From: an uncultured Alphaproteobacteria bacterium
Lineage (GTDB): Bacteria; Pseudomonadota; Alphaproteobacteria; Rhizobiales; Xanthobacteraceae
Assembly (NCBI GenBank): GCA_963793985.1
Contig: CAWCCG010000008.1
Location: 25,707-89,706 of the forward strand
Length of the DNA: 64,000 nucleotides
Direction: 5' to 3'
A model generated the notes under the pieces. It did no database searches. It saw only the letters and a list, made by a program, of their open reading frames with translations, and was not told the DNA's origin. Positions 20,227 to 29,466 of the stretch are shown here, piece by piece (the first letter of the stretch is position 1; each line of letters opens with the position of its first letter). The position numbers and the translations under genes are program-made.

Positions 20227-20704
20227 ATGGACCTCCTGCCGTTCTTCCAGTGGTGCTACCAGACGGACATCGGCGTCACGATACGAAATTCGATGTGGCT
20301 GTTCCCCGCCATCGAGGCCTTTCACCTGCTCGGCTTCGGACTGACCGCCGGCGCGGTGCTGGTCGTCAATTTGCGTCTCCTCGGCGTCGGACTGGGTCGG
20401 CAGCCGGTCGCGCAGATCGCGGCGAGCGCCGAGCCGTGGCTGATGCTCGGCGTCGCCATGATGATCGTGTCCGGCGTTCCGCTGTTCCTCGCCGAAGTCG
20501 ATCAAGTGCCTCTACAGCTTCGCCTTCTGGGTGAAGATGATCTGTTTCGTCCTGGTGCTCATCTTCACGTTCACGTTCTATCGCTACGTGACGCGGACGA
20601 AGTCGGCCTCCGACCGGACGTCGGTCGCCCGATCGGCCGCGGTGATATCGCTGGTCCTGTGGGCCGGCGTCGCCTGGGGCGGACGCTGGATCGGATTTTC
20701 CTGA
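20227..20704 (+). pseudogene. Polytopic membrane protein, DUF6644-like paralog, one frame change
   Basis: MDLLPFFQWCYQT..., IEAFHLLGFGLTAGAVLVVNLRLLGV. The frame is lost near 20500 and resumes as KCLYSFAFWVKMICFVLVLIFTF...SLVLWAGVAWGGRWIGFS, with the stop at 20702-20704. Confidence 0.55.
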
Positions 20705-20787
20705 AGACGCGGCTGATCTGCGTCGTTCGGGGCGAGCGGCCCGCAGCAGCCGACCGAGCGCCGCGAAAACTCGAGGGAGGTCAAGTC

Positions 20788-21910
20788 ATGCGTGATCTGC
20801 GACGTTCGATCGTTCTTTCCGCCGCCGCCATCGCCGCCTTCACCGCCATCGCTTACGGCGGTGCAGCCCGCGCTGTCGCTCGATCCGGACTTTGCCGCCA
20901 TCGAAGCGCAGGAGAACGCCGCCAACAGCAAGGCCGGCCCGCGCGTCGTGCCGGGCCGCGCGATCCCGGTGCCGGGCACCGTGAGCCCGCAACTGCAGGC
21001 GACGATCGCCGCGCCCTATCGCATCCCGGCATGGGACGCCGATCCGAAGAGCGCGGCCGAGTGGAAAGACCTCATCACCAGGCTCGCCGACGCCGGCAGC
21101 GCAGCGCGCCGCGAAGCGCGCGAGAAGCTCGGCGTCACCATGGAGCCGACGGTGATCGGCGGAGTGAAGGCTTTCATTCTGACGCCGAAGGAAATCCGGC
21201 CGGAGAACCGCAACCGCCTGCTGATCCACGTGCACGGCGGCGGCTACGTCTACGGTCCCGGCGAGGCGGGCACCGGCGAGGCCACGCTGATGGCCGCCTT
21301 TGGCGGCTACAAGGTGATCTCCATCGACTATCGCATGCCGCCCGACTTCCCCTACCCGGCGGCGATGGACGACGCCATGGCGGTGTGGCGCGAAGCGGTC
21401 AAGATGCAGAACCCGCGCAACATGGCGATCTTCGGCACCTCGACCGGCGGCGGCATGACGCTCGCCATGATCCTGCGCGCCAAGCAGGAAGGCCTGCCGC
21501 TTCCGGCCGCGATCGCGCCCGGCACGCCGTGGTCCGATCTCACCGAGACCGGCGACACCTACAAGACCAACGAGTGGCTCGACAACGTCCTCGTCAGCTA
21601 CAACGGCTATCTCGTCCACGCCGCGAAGCTTTACGCCGCCGGACACGACCTGAAGGACCCCCAGCTCTCGCCGATCTACGGCGACTTCACCGGCTTTCCG
21701 CCGGCGATCCTGACCAGCGGCACGCGCGACCTGTTCCTGAGCCTCACCGTGCTCACGCACCGCAAGCTTCGCCGCGCCGGCGTCGAAGCCGAGCTTCAGG
21801 TCTATGAGGGCATGTCGCACGCCCAGTACAATTTCGATGCCTTTGCGCCGGAGACCAAGGAGGTCTTCACCGAGATCGCGCGCTTCTTCGACCAGCACCT
21901 CGGCAAGTGA
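20788..21910 (+). pseudogene. Secreted alpha/beta hydrolase (esterase/lipase, HGGG-type), one frame change in the signal region
   Basis: The ATG at 20788 follows GAGGGAGG and gives MRDLRRSIVLSAAAIAAFTAIAYGG. A shift near 20865 leads into ORF 20792-21910. That ORF carries the HVHGGGYVYG oxyanion motif, the GTSTGGG nucleophile elbow, and later DLFL / H residues. Confidence 0.8.
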
Positions 21911-21981
21911 CGCCGACGTAGCGAGCCGTCGGAGACCTGAATCCGCCAGAAGACCTGCACGGCACTTCCCATTCTCAGATG

Positions 21982-22071
21982 GTCATGGCCGGGCTTGTCC
22001 CGGCCACCCCGATCATCAGGGCACGGCCGTGCCAACATTATCGGGGTCGCCGGGACAAGCCCGGCGATGAC
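21982..22071. repeat. Nested-hairpin intergenic repeat (Bradyrhizobiaceae REP-like element)
   Basis: Arms GTCATGGCCGGGCTTGTCCCGGCCAC and GTCGCCGGGACAAGCCCGGCGATGAC form an inverted repeat of about 26 bp with 2 mismatches. Each arm is itself palindromic (GCCGGG...CCCGGC). A central GGCACGGCCGTGCC palindrome lies between them. Confidence 0.6.
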
Positions 22072-22110
22072 GGCGTGAGTTGACCGCAGCCGGCGATCAG
22101 TTCCGCCTTG

Positions 22111-22999
22111 TCACCGCGAAAACTGACGCAGCGTGAAAACATCCGCGATCGGCATCGCGTCGCTCTCGCGCTCGAGCCGGCACCAGTGGTCCACCCGGCC
22201 ATGCATCGCGACGCCGCCCGCGCAGCACGACGGCGACACGGTCGCCGGGCTCGATGTTGCCGTGATAGACGATGTCGCGCCGGCGCGTCGTCGTGCGCGG
22301 GTCGAGCGGCCGGAAGAACGCCCATTCGGCACGGTCGACGAAGGCCTGGAAGCTCGAGAAATAGAGAAAATCCGCGCCGTTGAAATCCTGTGCCGGGCAG
22401 GGATCGATCACGAGCCGATCGAGCACCGGTGCGTCGGCGCGCACGAAGCCGAGGTGCTCCTTCCAACTGTCGCGGCGCAGCGCCGCCACCGTCTCCTCGA
22501 TAATCCGCGAATTCTCGCGACGACACGACCGGCGGCAGACCCGGCACCTCGACGCGGGCGATCGAGCGGTTGCGTCCCTGCCTCCATCCGCTTGACGAAC
22601 AGCGAGGTCATGACGACCTCGCCGAGCGGACGACCGCGCACGCGCGACCGCGTGCACGCTCATGAACCGGGTGCGCGAAATCCGCGTCAGCCGGGAGCGG
22701 AATTCGAGCGCATCGTGTTCGCGCGCGGCATCGAAGCGCGCCTCGCGCACGGTGACGGCGATGAACGCCGCGTAGACCGGATCGCCGTCGTCGTCGCGGA
22801 AATCCGGCACCGCGCGCCCCGCGGCTTGCGCGAGCAGGAACCAATGACGGTGCCCGCATTCGCGCAGCAGCCAGGTCTCGGAGAGGCCGCCGAGGCAGAG
22901 ATGGGGCATGCCGAGCACGATCTCGTCCGACAGCGCCGGCGCCACCGGGCCGCCGCCGAGGATGCGATCGATCTCGAGGTAACCGAGCGGGATGTTCAT
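22111..22999 (-). pseudogene. Putative double hot-dog-fold protein (Pnap_2097 / LnmK-like), frameshifted
   Basis: MNIPLGYLEIDRILGGGPVAPALSDEIVLGMPHLCLGGLSETWLLRECGHRHWFLLAQAAG matches my memory of the Pnap_2097-type family. The middle is out of frame. The C-terminal part is DFNGADFLYFSSFQAFVDRAEWAFF...IVYHGNIEPGDRVAVVLRG. The tail in ORF 22111-22332 is AMHGRVDHWCRLERESD. Confidence 0.5.
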
Positions 23000-23001
23000 G
23001 G

Positions 23002-24304
23002 CTACGATCCGATCGCGGCTTCGTTGAGCGCGGCTTCGACGCTGGGCCCGGTTCATGCCGACCCGCGCCTCGATGTGCTCGGCGAGATATTCGGCGTCGC
23101 GCGCCACGCCGGAAAAGCGTCCCGAGCCCCAGGTGTAGAGCCAGGGCAGCCCGAGAAAGTAGACGCCCGGCAGGGGGGTCACGCCGCGGACATGTGCGGG
23201 TTGCCCGCGGCCGTTGAAGACCGGCAGGTCGAGCCAGCTGTAGTCGGTGCGAAAGCCGATGCACCAGACGATCGAGGTGATGCCGGCCGCGCGATAGTCG
23301 AGCTCCTCGCGTTCGTGGGGCGGCGCCCATACCGGCGTGTAGCGGGCCTCCGTCGGCGCCTCGATGCCGCGCTTGGCGATGAAGCCGTCGATGCTGGTCT
23401 TGATGCTCTCCGAGACCTGGTCGGCCTGATCGAGACATTGCGCGAGGTCGTCGTCGCAGATCAGCCGGTCGCCGGCGACGTCGAGCAGGCGGCCGTAGAG
23501 CTCCATGCCCTCGCGCGCGCGCTGCCGCAGGTCGATGTCGCGGCCGCCGTCGCGGCCGGTGACGTAGTGATTGGTCTTGTCGCGCACGCCTTCGCGCAGC
23601 GGATGCTCGTGCACCGGCAGGTCGTAGTAGCCCATGAGGTGCAGCCACTCGACCACGTCCTTGCCGCGATAGCGCCGCGACACCCGCGGCGCGTCGCCGA
23701 CGCAGAGATGCACCTTGCGGCCGGCGAGATGCAGGTCCTCGGCGATCTGGCAGCCCGATTGCCCGCTGCCCACCACCAGCACGGCGCCGGGCGGAAGCTG
23801 GTCCGGATTGCGGTATTCGGAGGAATTGATCTGCACGAGGTCGGGATCGAGCCGTTCGGCGCAGCGCGGGATCACCGGAATCTGGTAGCCGCCCGCCGCG
23901 ATCACCACCTGGTCGGCGAGATAGAGGCCTTCGGTGGTCTCGAGCGTGAAGCCGTGCTGCGGATTGCTGCGCAGGCCCTTCACCGCGACGCCTTCGCGCA
24001 GCGGCGGCTCGAACGACGCGACGAAGCCGTCGATGTAGTCGACGATCTCGTCGCGCAGCATGAAGCCGTAGGGGTCGGCGCCCTGGTAGGGAAAGCCCGG
24101 CAGCTGGCACTGCCAGTTCGGCGTCACCAGGCAGAACGTGTCCCAGCGCTCGGCGCGCCAGGCGTGGCCGGCGCGCTTCTTCTCGAACACGACGTGATCG
24201 ATGCCGCTGCGCTTGAGATACCAGCTGATCGAGAGGCCGGCCTGGCCGCCGCCGATCACCGCGACCGAAAGGTGCGCGAGCGGAGCGGGCTGGGAAGCGT
24301 TCAT
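23002..24304 (-). CDS. MSMEG_0569-family flavin-dependent oxidoreductase (Nit1C flavoprotein); no in-frame stop as sequenced
   Basis: The ATG at 24304 follows GGAGGC; an alternative ATG at 24322 forms an ATGA overlap with the upstream stop. Dinucleotide folds VAVIGGGQAGLSISWYL and VLVVGSGQSGCQIAEDL. The frame reads straight into the next gene. A one-base shift near 23050 would end it at the TAG at 23002-23004, two nt before that gene's ATG. Confidence 0.8.
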
Positions 24305-24318
24305 GGGAGAGCCTCCAT

Positions 24319-24607
24319 TCATTCGTCGAAAGCGTCGACCGCGACCCGCGCGGCGGGATCGCCGATAAACGCGCTCGCCATCGTCTCGATGCGGGCGAGC
24401 TGGGCGAGCGCGCGGCTGCACGGCATGCCGTACTTCGCCCTCACCCGATCGCTCGCGATGCCGAGCGCGGTGCGGCTGCGCGCCAGGAAATCGGTGAGCG
24501 CATAGTCGGTGCCGACCGCGAAGTAGTCCTTGATCACCAGCGACGGCGAATAGCAGCTCTCGGAGCGTGCCGTCGGGCCAGCGGATGTGAAAGCGCATTT
24601 CAGGCAT
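24319..24607 (-). pseudogene. MSMEG_0570-family nitrogen-starvation response protein (Nit1C Hp2), one frame change
   Basis: MPEMRFHIRWPDGTL, a shift near 24540, then VIKDYFAVGTDYALTDFLARSRTALGIASDRVRAKYGMPCSRALAQLARIE. The start overlaps the upstream stop by 8 nt. Confidence 0.65.
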
Positions 24608-25764
24608 GGGCGGCCTCGGCGAGCGCTTCGTAGGCCGGAAGATGCGCATGCGCCGACGCGGCTCCAGTCGTGGCGCGCCGCGACCGCGAAGCCGCGCGCA
24701 ACGAGGGCGTCGCGGCCCGGCTCGTTCCAGCGCGGCCATCATCGCTGCGCGATCGAGGCGGCGTCGCTGGGATCGCACCAGGCGACGTCGCCGTCGTCGA
24801 GATATTCGGTGAACGGCGGCGATGCGCGAGGTCACCACCGGCACGCCGCTCGCCATCGCCTCCAGCACCACGAGGCCGAAGCCCTCCTTCACCGAGGGAA
24901 ACACCAGCGCATCGGCGGCGCGATAGAGCGCCGGCATCAGCGCCTGGGGCAGCGGGCCGGTGCGGATCACCGCGCGCTCCGGCAAGCCGCTTGCGGCCAG
25001 CGCCGCCGCGAACTCGGCCTGGTAGGCGTCATGGTCGAGCAGCGAGGCGCCGCCGGCGATCACCAGGCACGCCGACGGATGCCGTCGCATGGACGATGCG
25101 AAAGGCTTCGAGGATGGCAATCGTGTTCTTGCGCTTTTCGACGCCGCCGATCGCGAGGAACACACGGGCGCCGGCCGGCAGCTTCAGCAGCGCCCGCAGC
25201 GCGGCATCGCTGTCGTCCGGCACCGGCGAAAACCGCTCGGTGTCGACGCCGTTGCCGACGAGGTGCGGAACACGGCCGAACTCCTTCTGCGAGCCGGTCG
25301 CGCCACAGGCGGCTCACCACGAACAGACGATCGGCCGACACGATCGCCCGCGTCTGCAGCGCCGAGAGCCGCGGATCGGCAAAGCTGTCGACGTGATGCA
25401 CGGTGCGGGCAAAGCCGCGGATCAGGCCGCGCTCCCTCAGCGTCGCCAGCGCATTCCCCGAAATTCCGTCCTGCGCGTGCCAGACGTCGAAGCGCCGATG
25501 GCCTGCGACTTCGAAATGTCGGACGTAGTCGGCGATGCGGGTCTCGACCATGGCGGTGACGTCGCGCCCGACCGGCGATGCCGCGACGCTCACGGTCGCG
25601 CAGCGTGTCGGCCGGAAGAATCCGGCGCCGCTCGCATCCGGCGCATGGACCGTCGCCTCGTGGCCGAGCCGGCACAGCGCGTCGCCGAGCTCGAGCGCGT
25701 GGACGACGCCGCCTCGCGGATTGGTGGAATGCGCGAGGATGGCGATGCGCAGGCGCGGCTTCAT
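24600..25764 (-). pseudogene. MSMEG_0565-family group-1 glycosyltransferase, frameshifted
   Basis: MKPRLRIAILAHSTNPRGGVVHALELGDAL at the N-terminus. Then EFGRVPHLVGNGVDTERF and VFLAIGGVEKRKN in another frame. Then LVIAGGASLLDHDAY...ALVFPSVKEGFGLVVLEAMASGVPVV (the GT1 E-x7-E region). The tail AYEALAEAAHA is in yet another frame. At least 3 frame changes. ATGA overlap with the upstream gene at 25761-25764. Confidence 0.8.
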
Positions 25765-26756
25765 GCGAGCACCCCCGCGGCGACGAGGCGCGCCTTGCCG
25801 CAGCCGATCAGCGGCTCGCGCTCGAAGTCCCAGATGGTCTCCGTCGCGCGCCCGTCGGTGATGGCGACACGGCTTCCGCGCGCGATCGCGCCGATCTCGG
25901 CCGCGGCGATGCCGCGCGCGGCAAAGCGGCCGATCACGGCATCGACCTTCGCCGGCGCGACGGCGAGGATGTAGCCGTAGCTCGGAAACGTCTGCAGCCA
26001 GCGCTCGAGCGCGACGCCGTCCGGGCGCGGCACCGCGGTGACGTCGATGGTCGCGGCCACGCCCGAGCATTCCGCCAGCATCATCGCGGTGCCGACGATG
26101 CCGCCCTGGGAAATGTCCTTGGCCGCACAGGCAAGACCCGCTTCGGCGATCGCCGGCAGCACTTCGAGATCGCCGCGCAGCCGCGCCGGCGGCGCGTCGG
26201 TCGCGGCTTCCCAGTTGGAGAACGGCTCGCGATAGCGGCCGCGCAGGTCGATCGCCGCCACCAGCCGGTCGCCGGGCCTGGCGTCGAACGAGGTCAGCAG
26301 CCGCCTGGCGCGGCCGAGGATCGCGACCGAGAGCTGGCCGCGGTCGGTGCGCGTGTTGGTGTGGCCGCCGACCACCGGCACGCCGAAGGCGCGCGAGGCG
26401 GCGCGCATGCCCGCCAGCACCGGCTCGGCATCCGCATCGCTCGCCGCCCACACCGCATCGACCACCGCGATCGGCCGCCCGCCCATCGCCGCCACGTCGG
26501 AGATATTGACCATGACGCCGCACCAGCCGGCGAACCAGGGATCGCCGGCGACGAATTCGTTCATGAAGCCTTCGATGGCGAGCAGCAGGTAACCGTCGCC
26601 GTCCGGGATCGCCGCGCAATCGTCGCCCACGGGAACGGCGCTGTCGCCCGACACGCCGAGCCGCGCCACCGCCGCCGCGATGTCGCGCTTGGCCGCGACG
26701 CCGCGGCTCGCCCGCAGCGTCGCGGCGATGCGGTCGATGGCGACAGTGCCGAGCAT
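25761..26756 (-). CDS. Sll0787-family AIR synthase-like protein
   Basis: MLGTVAIDRIAATLRASRG, GDDCAAIPDGDGYLLLAIEGF, NISDVAAMGGRPIAVVD, VVGGHTN, KDISQGGIVGTAMMLAE (PurM/ThiL-like fold motifs). Intact. Confidence 0.8.
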   Translation of the reverse strand: MLGTVAIDRIAATLRASRGVAAKRDIAAAVARLGVSGDSAVPVGDDCAAIPDGDGYLLLAIEGFMNEFVAGDPWFAGWCGVMVNISDVAAMGGRPIAVVDAVWAASDADAEPVLAGMRAASRAFGVPVVGGHTNTRTDRGQLSVAILGRARRLLTSFDARPGDRLVAAIDLRGRYREPFSNWEAATDAPPARLRGDLEVLPAIAEAGLACAAKDISQGGIVGTAMMLAECSGVAATIDVTAVPRPDGVALERWLQTFPSYGYILAVAPAKVDAVIGRFAARGIAAAEIGAIARGSRVAITDGRATETIWDFEREPLIGCGKARLVAAGVLA

Positions 26757-26766
26757 CGCGCCCTCC

Positions 26767-27330
26767 TTACGCCGCCCGCCGGGGCAGCGACAGGAAGCCG
26801 GTCTCCGGATCGGCGATCGGCGGGTAGTAGGCGAGATCGGCCTGCATGAAGTGATGCGGCCGGCCGCGCAGCTCGATCTCCTCGATGGTGCGCCAGTGCA
26901 GGCGCCGGAACAGCAGCGCGTTCTGGCTCTGCACATGGGCATAGAAGCGGCGGCAGCCGCGGGCATGGGCCGAGCACACGGCGAGGCGGATCAGCGCGGC
27001 GCCGAGCGCGCCGATGCGGCGATAGTCGGCGGCGACGGCGAGGCGCGAACCCCACCACACGCCAGGCTCGGCCTCGTGAATGCGCACGGTGCCGACCACG
27101 TCGTGCGGCGCGACGCCGAGCGAGGAGATCGCGACCAGCGGGATCGCGATGGCGTCGATGTCGTCGCGATCGTCGCCCGCGAAGATGCCCTGCTCCTCGC
27201 AGAACACCTGCCGCCGCAGCGCCGCGGCCTCGCGGCGCTCCCAGGCTTCGGTCGCGAACTTCACCCGGTATTCGGCCGGCAGGAACACGGGGAACGGATC
27301 GAAGATCATGCGACGCCCCTGCTGCGGCAT
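26767..27330 (-). CDS. MSMEG_0567/Sll0786-family GNAT N-acetyltransferase
   Basis: Intact, 187 aa. ALRRQVFCEEQGIF, GTVRIHE, RRIGALGAALIRLAVCSAHARGC (acetyl-CoA binding Q/R-x-x-G-x-G/A region). Confidence 0.8.
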   Translation of the reverse strand: MPQQGRRMIFDPFPVFLPAEYRVKFATEAWERREAAALRRQVFCEEQGIFAGDDRDDIDAIAIPLVAISSLGVAPHDVVGTVRIHEAEPGVWWGSRLAVAADYRRIGALGAALIRLAVCSAHARGCRRFYAHVQSQNALLFRRLHWRTIEEIELRGRPHHFMQADLAYYPPIADPETGFLSLPRRAA

Positions 27331-28453
27331 CTCCCGGTACCGCGCTCATAGGTCGAGAGCGCCGAGCAGGCGCCGCATTTGCCGCAGCCGGCCTTGATGT
27401 CGGTCGCGCGCAGGCCGGCGGCGCGCAGCATCTGCGCGAGCGGCCGCAGGATCTCGTGCATGAATGCGGGCTGCGGCGGCGGATGGCTTTCGAGCGGCGT
27501 TCCGGAGATCGGCACGAACGGCACCACGAAGGGATAGACGCCGAGCGCGATCAGCTTCTCGCTGTCGCGAGGATCGCCTCCCTGGTGTCGCCGAGGCCGG
27601 CGAGGATGTAGGTCGACACCTGCCCGCGCCCGAACACCGGAACCGCGGCCGCGAAGGCCTCGAAATAGCGATCGAGCGGAAACCTGCGCCTTGCCGGGCA
27701 TGATGCGGGCGCGCACCTCGCGGCGTCACGGCCTCGAGATGCATGCCGAGCGCATCGATGCCGGCGTCCTTCATGCGGGCGAACCAGGCGTCGTCGTCGG
27801 GCGGCTCGCACTGGCCCTGGATCGGCAGCGCGACGGCGGCCTTCACCGCCGCGGCGCTCTCGGCGAGGATCGCGGCGCCGCGGTCGCGGCCGGGCGGCGT
27901 GCCGGTGGTCATCACCATGTGGGAGACGCCGTCGAGCTCGACCGCGGCCTTGGCGACCTCGGCGAGCTGCGCCGGCGTCTTGCGCTCGATGGTGCGGCCG
28001 GCGGCGAGCGACTGGCCGATGGCGCAGAACTGGCAGGTCTTGGTGCGGCTCTGATAGCGGATGCAGGTCTGCAGCACGGTGGTGGCGAGCACGTCGCGGC
28101 TGTGCAGCACCGCGATCTTCCAATAGGGAATGCCGTCGGCGGTCACGCAGATCGTAGAAGCGCGGGCGCACCGGAAAGCTCACCTCGCCGAGCATCACGC
28201 CGTCGCGGCTGACCCGGCTGCGGCCGAGTGCGTCCGGCTTGTCGACGAAATACGGGCTCTCGAAGGCCGGCGCGGTGTGGACCGGCACCATGACGGTCAT
28301 GCCGTCGATGGTCATCGCCTTGTGGTCGGACGGGCCGGCGCCGCCGCGGCGGCTCTCGTGGCCGGCCTTGGGATCAACGAGCCGGACTCCGTAGGACTGC
28401 AACTCGTTGATCAGCTGCGCGGTCGGCATGGCTGTCGGCATGGTCGGCTTCAT
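27306..28453 (-). pseudogene. MSMEG_0568-family radical SAM protein, multiply frameshifted
   Basis: [27 protein letters not shown]. Then [18 protein letters not shown] (Cys cluster) and [44 protein letters not shown]. Then [44 protein letters not shown] and [23 protein letters not shown]...[10 protein letters not shown] in alternating frames. At least 4 changes. Confidence 0.75.
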
Positions 28454-29424
28454 CGGATGCACTCCCGATCGGGGGCGAGGCGGATGCGGCGGCGCGTGTT
28501 TCCATCGGGCGCGCCGGGCGATTGTCGAGAACGAGGTGGAGAAGTTCGGGGCGGGCGTAGTGGCCGACCGAGTCCATCATCCGCTTGCGCTTGACGATGA
28601 GGCCCATGTCGAGATCGGCGATGAGGATGCCCTCCCCTTGGGTCAGCGGCGGCACCACATGCGCGCCTTCCGGCGACACGATCGCGGTCATGCAGCCGCC
28701 GCGCAGCGCCTTGCGCAGCTTCTCGTCGGGCGAGATTTTCGCGATCTGCTCTTCGGTCAGCCAGCCGGTGGCGTTGACGACGAAGCAGCCGCTTTCGAGC
28801 GCGTGGTGACGGATCGTCACCTCGATCTGGTCGGCGAAGATCGGCCCCACCATGGAGCCCGGAAACTGGGCGACATGGATTTCCTCGTGCTGCGCCATCA
28901 GGGCGTAGCGGGCGAGCGGATTGTAGTGCTCCCAGCAGGCGAGCGCGCCGATGCGCCCGGCGGCGGTGTCGACCACCGACGAGGCCGGCGCCGTCGCCCT
29001 GCCCCCAGATCATCCGCTCGTGAAACGTCGGCGTGATCTTGCGGCGCTTGAGGACGAGGCGGCCGTCGGCATCGAAGATGAGCTGGGCGTTGTAGAGCGA
29101 GCCGTGGTCGCGCTCGTTGACGCCGAGCGCGACGACGATGCCGTGGCGGCGCGCCGCGCTCGCGACCGCCTCCGTCACCGGCCCCGGAACCACCACGGCA
29201 TTGTCGTAGAGCCGGATGTGCTCGGCGCCGGTGAGAACGGGCGGGTAGACGAAGGAGAAATACGGATACCAGGGCACGAAGGTCTCGGGAAACACCACGA
29301 GCTTCGCGCCCTTCTCCGCGGCCTCGGCGATGGCGCCGAGGACCTTGGCGACCGTGCCGCTGCCGCTGTCGAGATCGGGCGCGATCTGCACCGCCGCGAC
29401 ACGGACGCTCGCCTTCTCCGCCAT
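28374..29424 (-). pseudogene. Nitrilase (Nit6803 / Nit1C-type), frameshifted
   Basis: [25 protein letters not shown] (catalytic Glu), [20 protein letters not shown] shift near 28960 precedes [14 protein letters not shown] (catalytic Cys) and AQFPGS. The 3' end is ambiguous. The current frame stops at 28374. The N-terminal frame stops at 28450, in an ATGA overlap with the radical SAM start at 28453. Confidence 0.85.
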
Positions 29425-29466
29425 CTCTCGCCTCCTCCGGCGCCGGCCGGCTCGTGCACGCCCGGA

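Noticed and set aside
22133-24505. 790-aa plus-strand ORF across the Nit1C region
   Set aside because: It is an antisense shadow of the flavoprotein and LnmK-like genes, with no recognisable domains and a composition dominated by Arg/Ala/Gly.
22097-25165. 1022-aa ORF on the minus strand that looks like a giant multidomain protein
   Set aside because: It is a concatenation. It runs from the glycosyltransferase C-terminus, through out-of-frame stretches and the MSMEG_0570-like N-terminus, into the flavoprotein and the LnmK-like protein. They are joined only because stops are rare in this GC-rich DNA and frames have slipped. Internal ATG/RBS sites and stop overlaps mark separate genes.
28374-28453. 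80-nt overlap between the nitrilase 3' end and the radical SAM start, considered as a genuine overlapping-gene arrangement
   Set aside because: The overlap is more likely produced by a second uncorrected frame change in the nitrilase tail. In the nitrilase N-terminal frame the stop is at 28450 and forms a standard ATGA junction with the radical SAM ATG at 28453.
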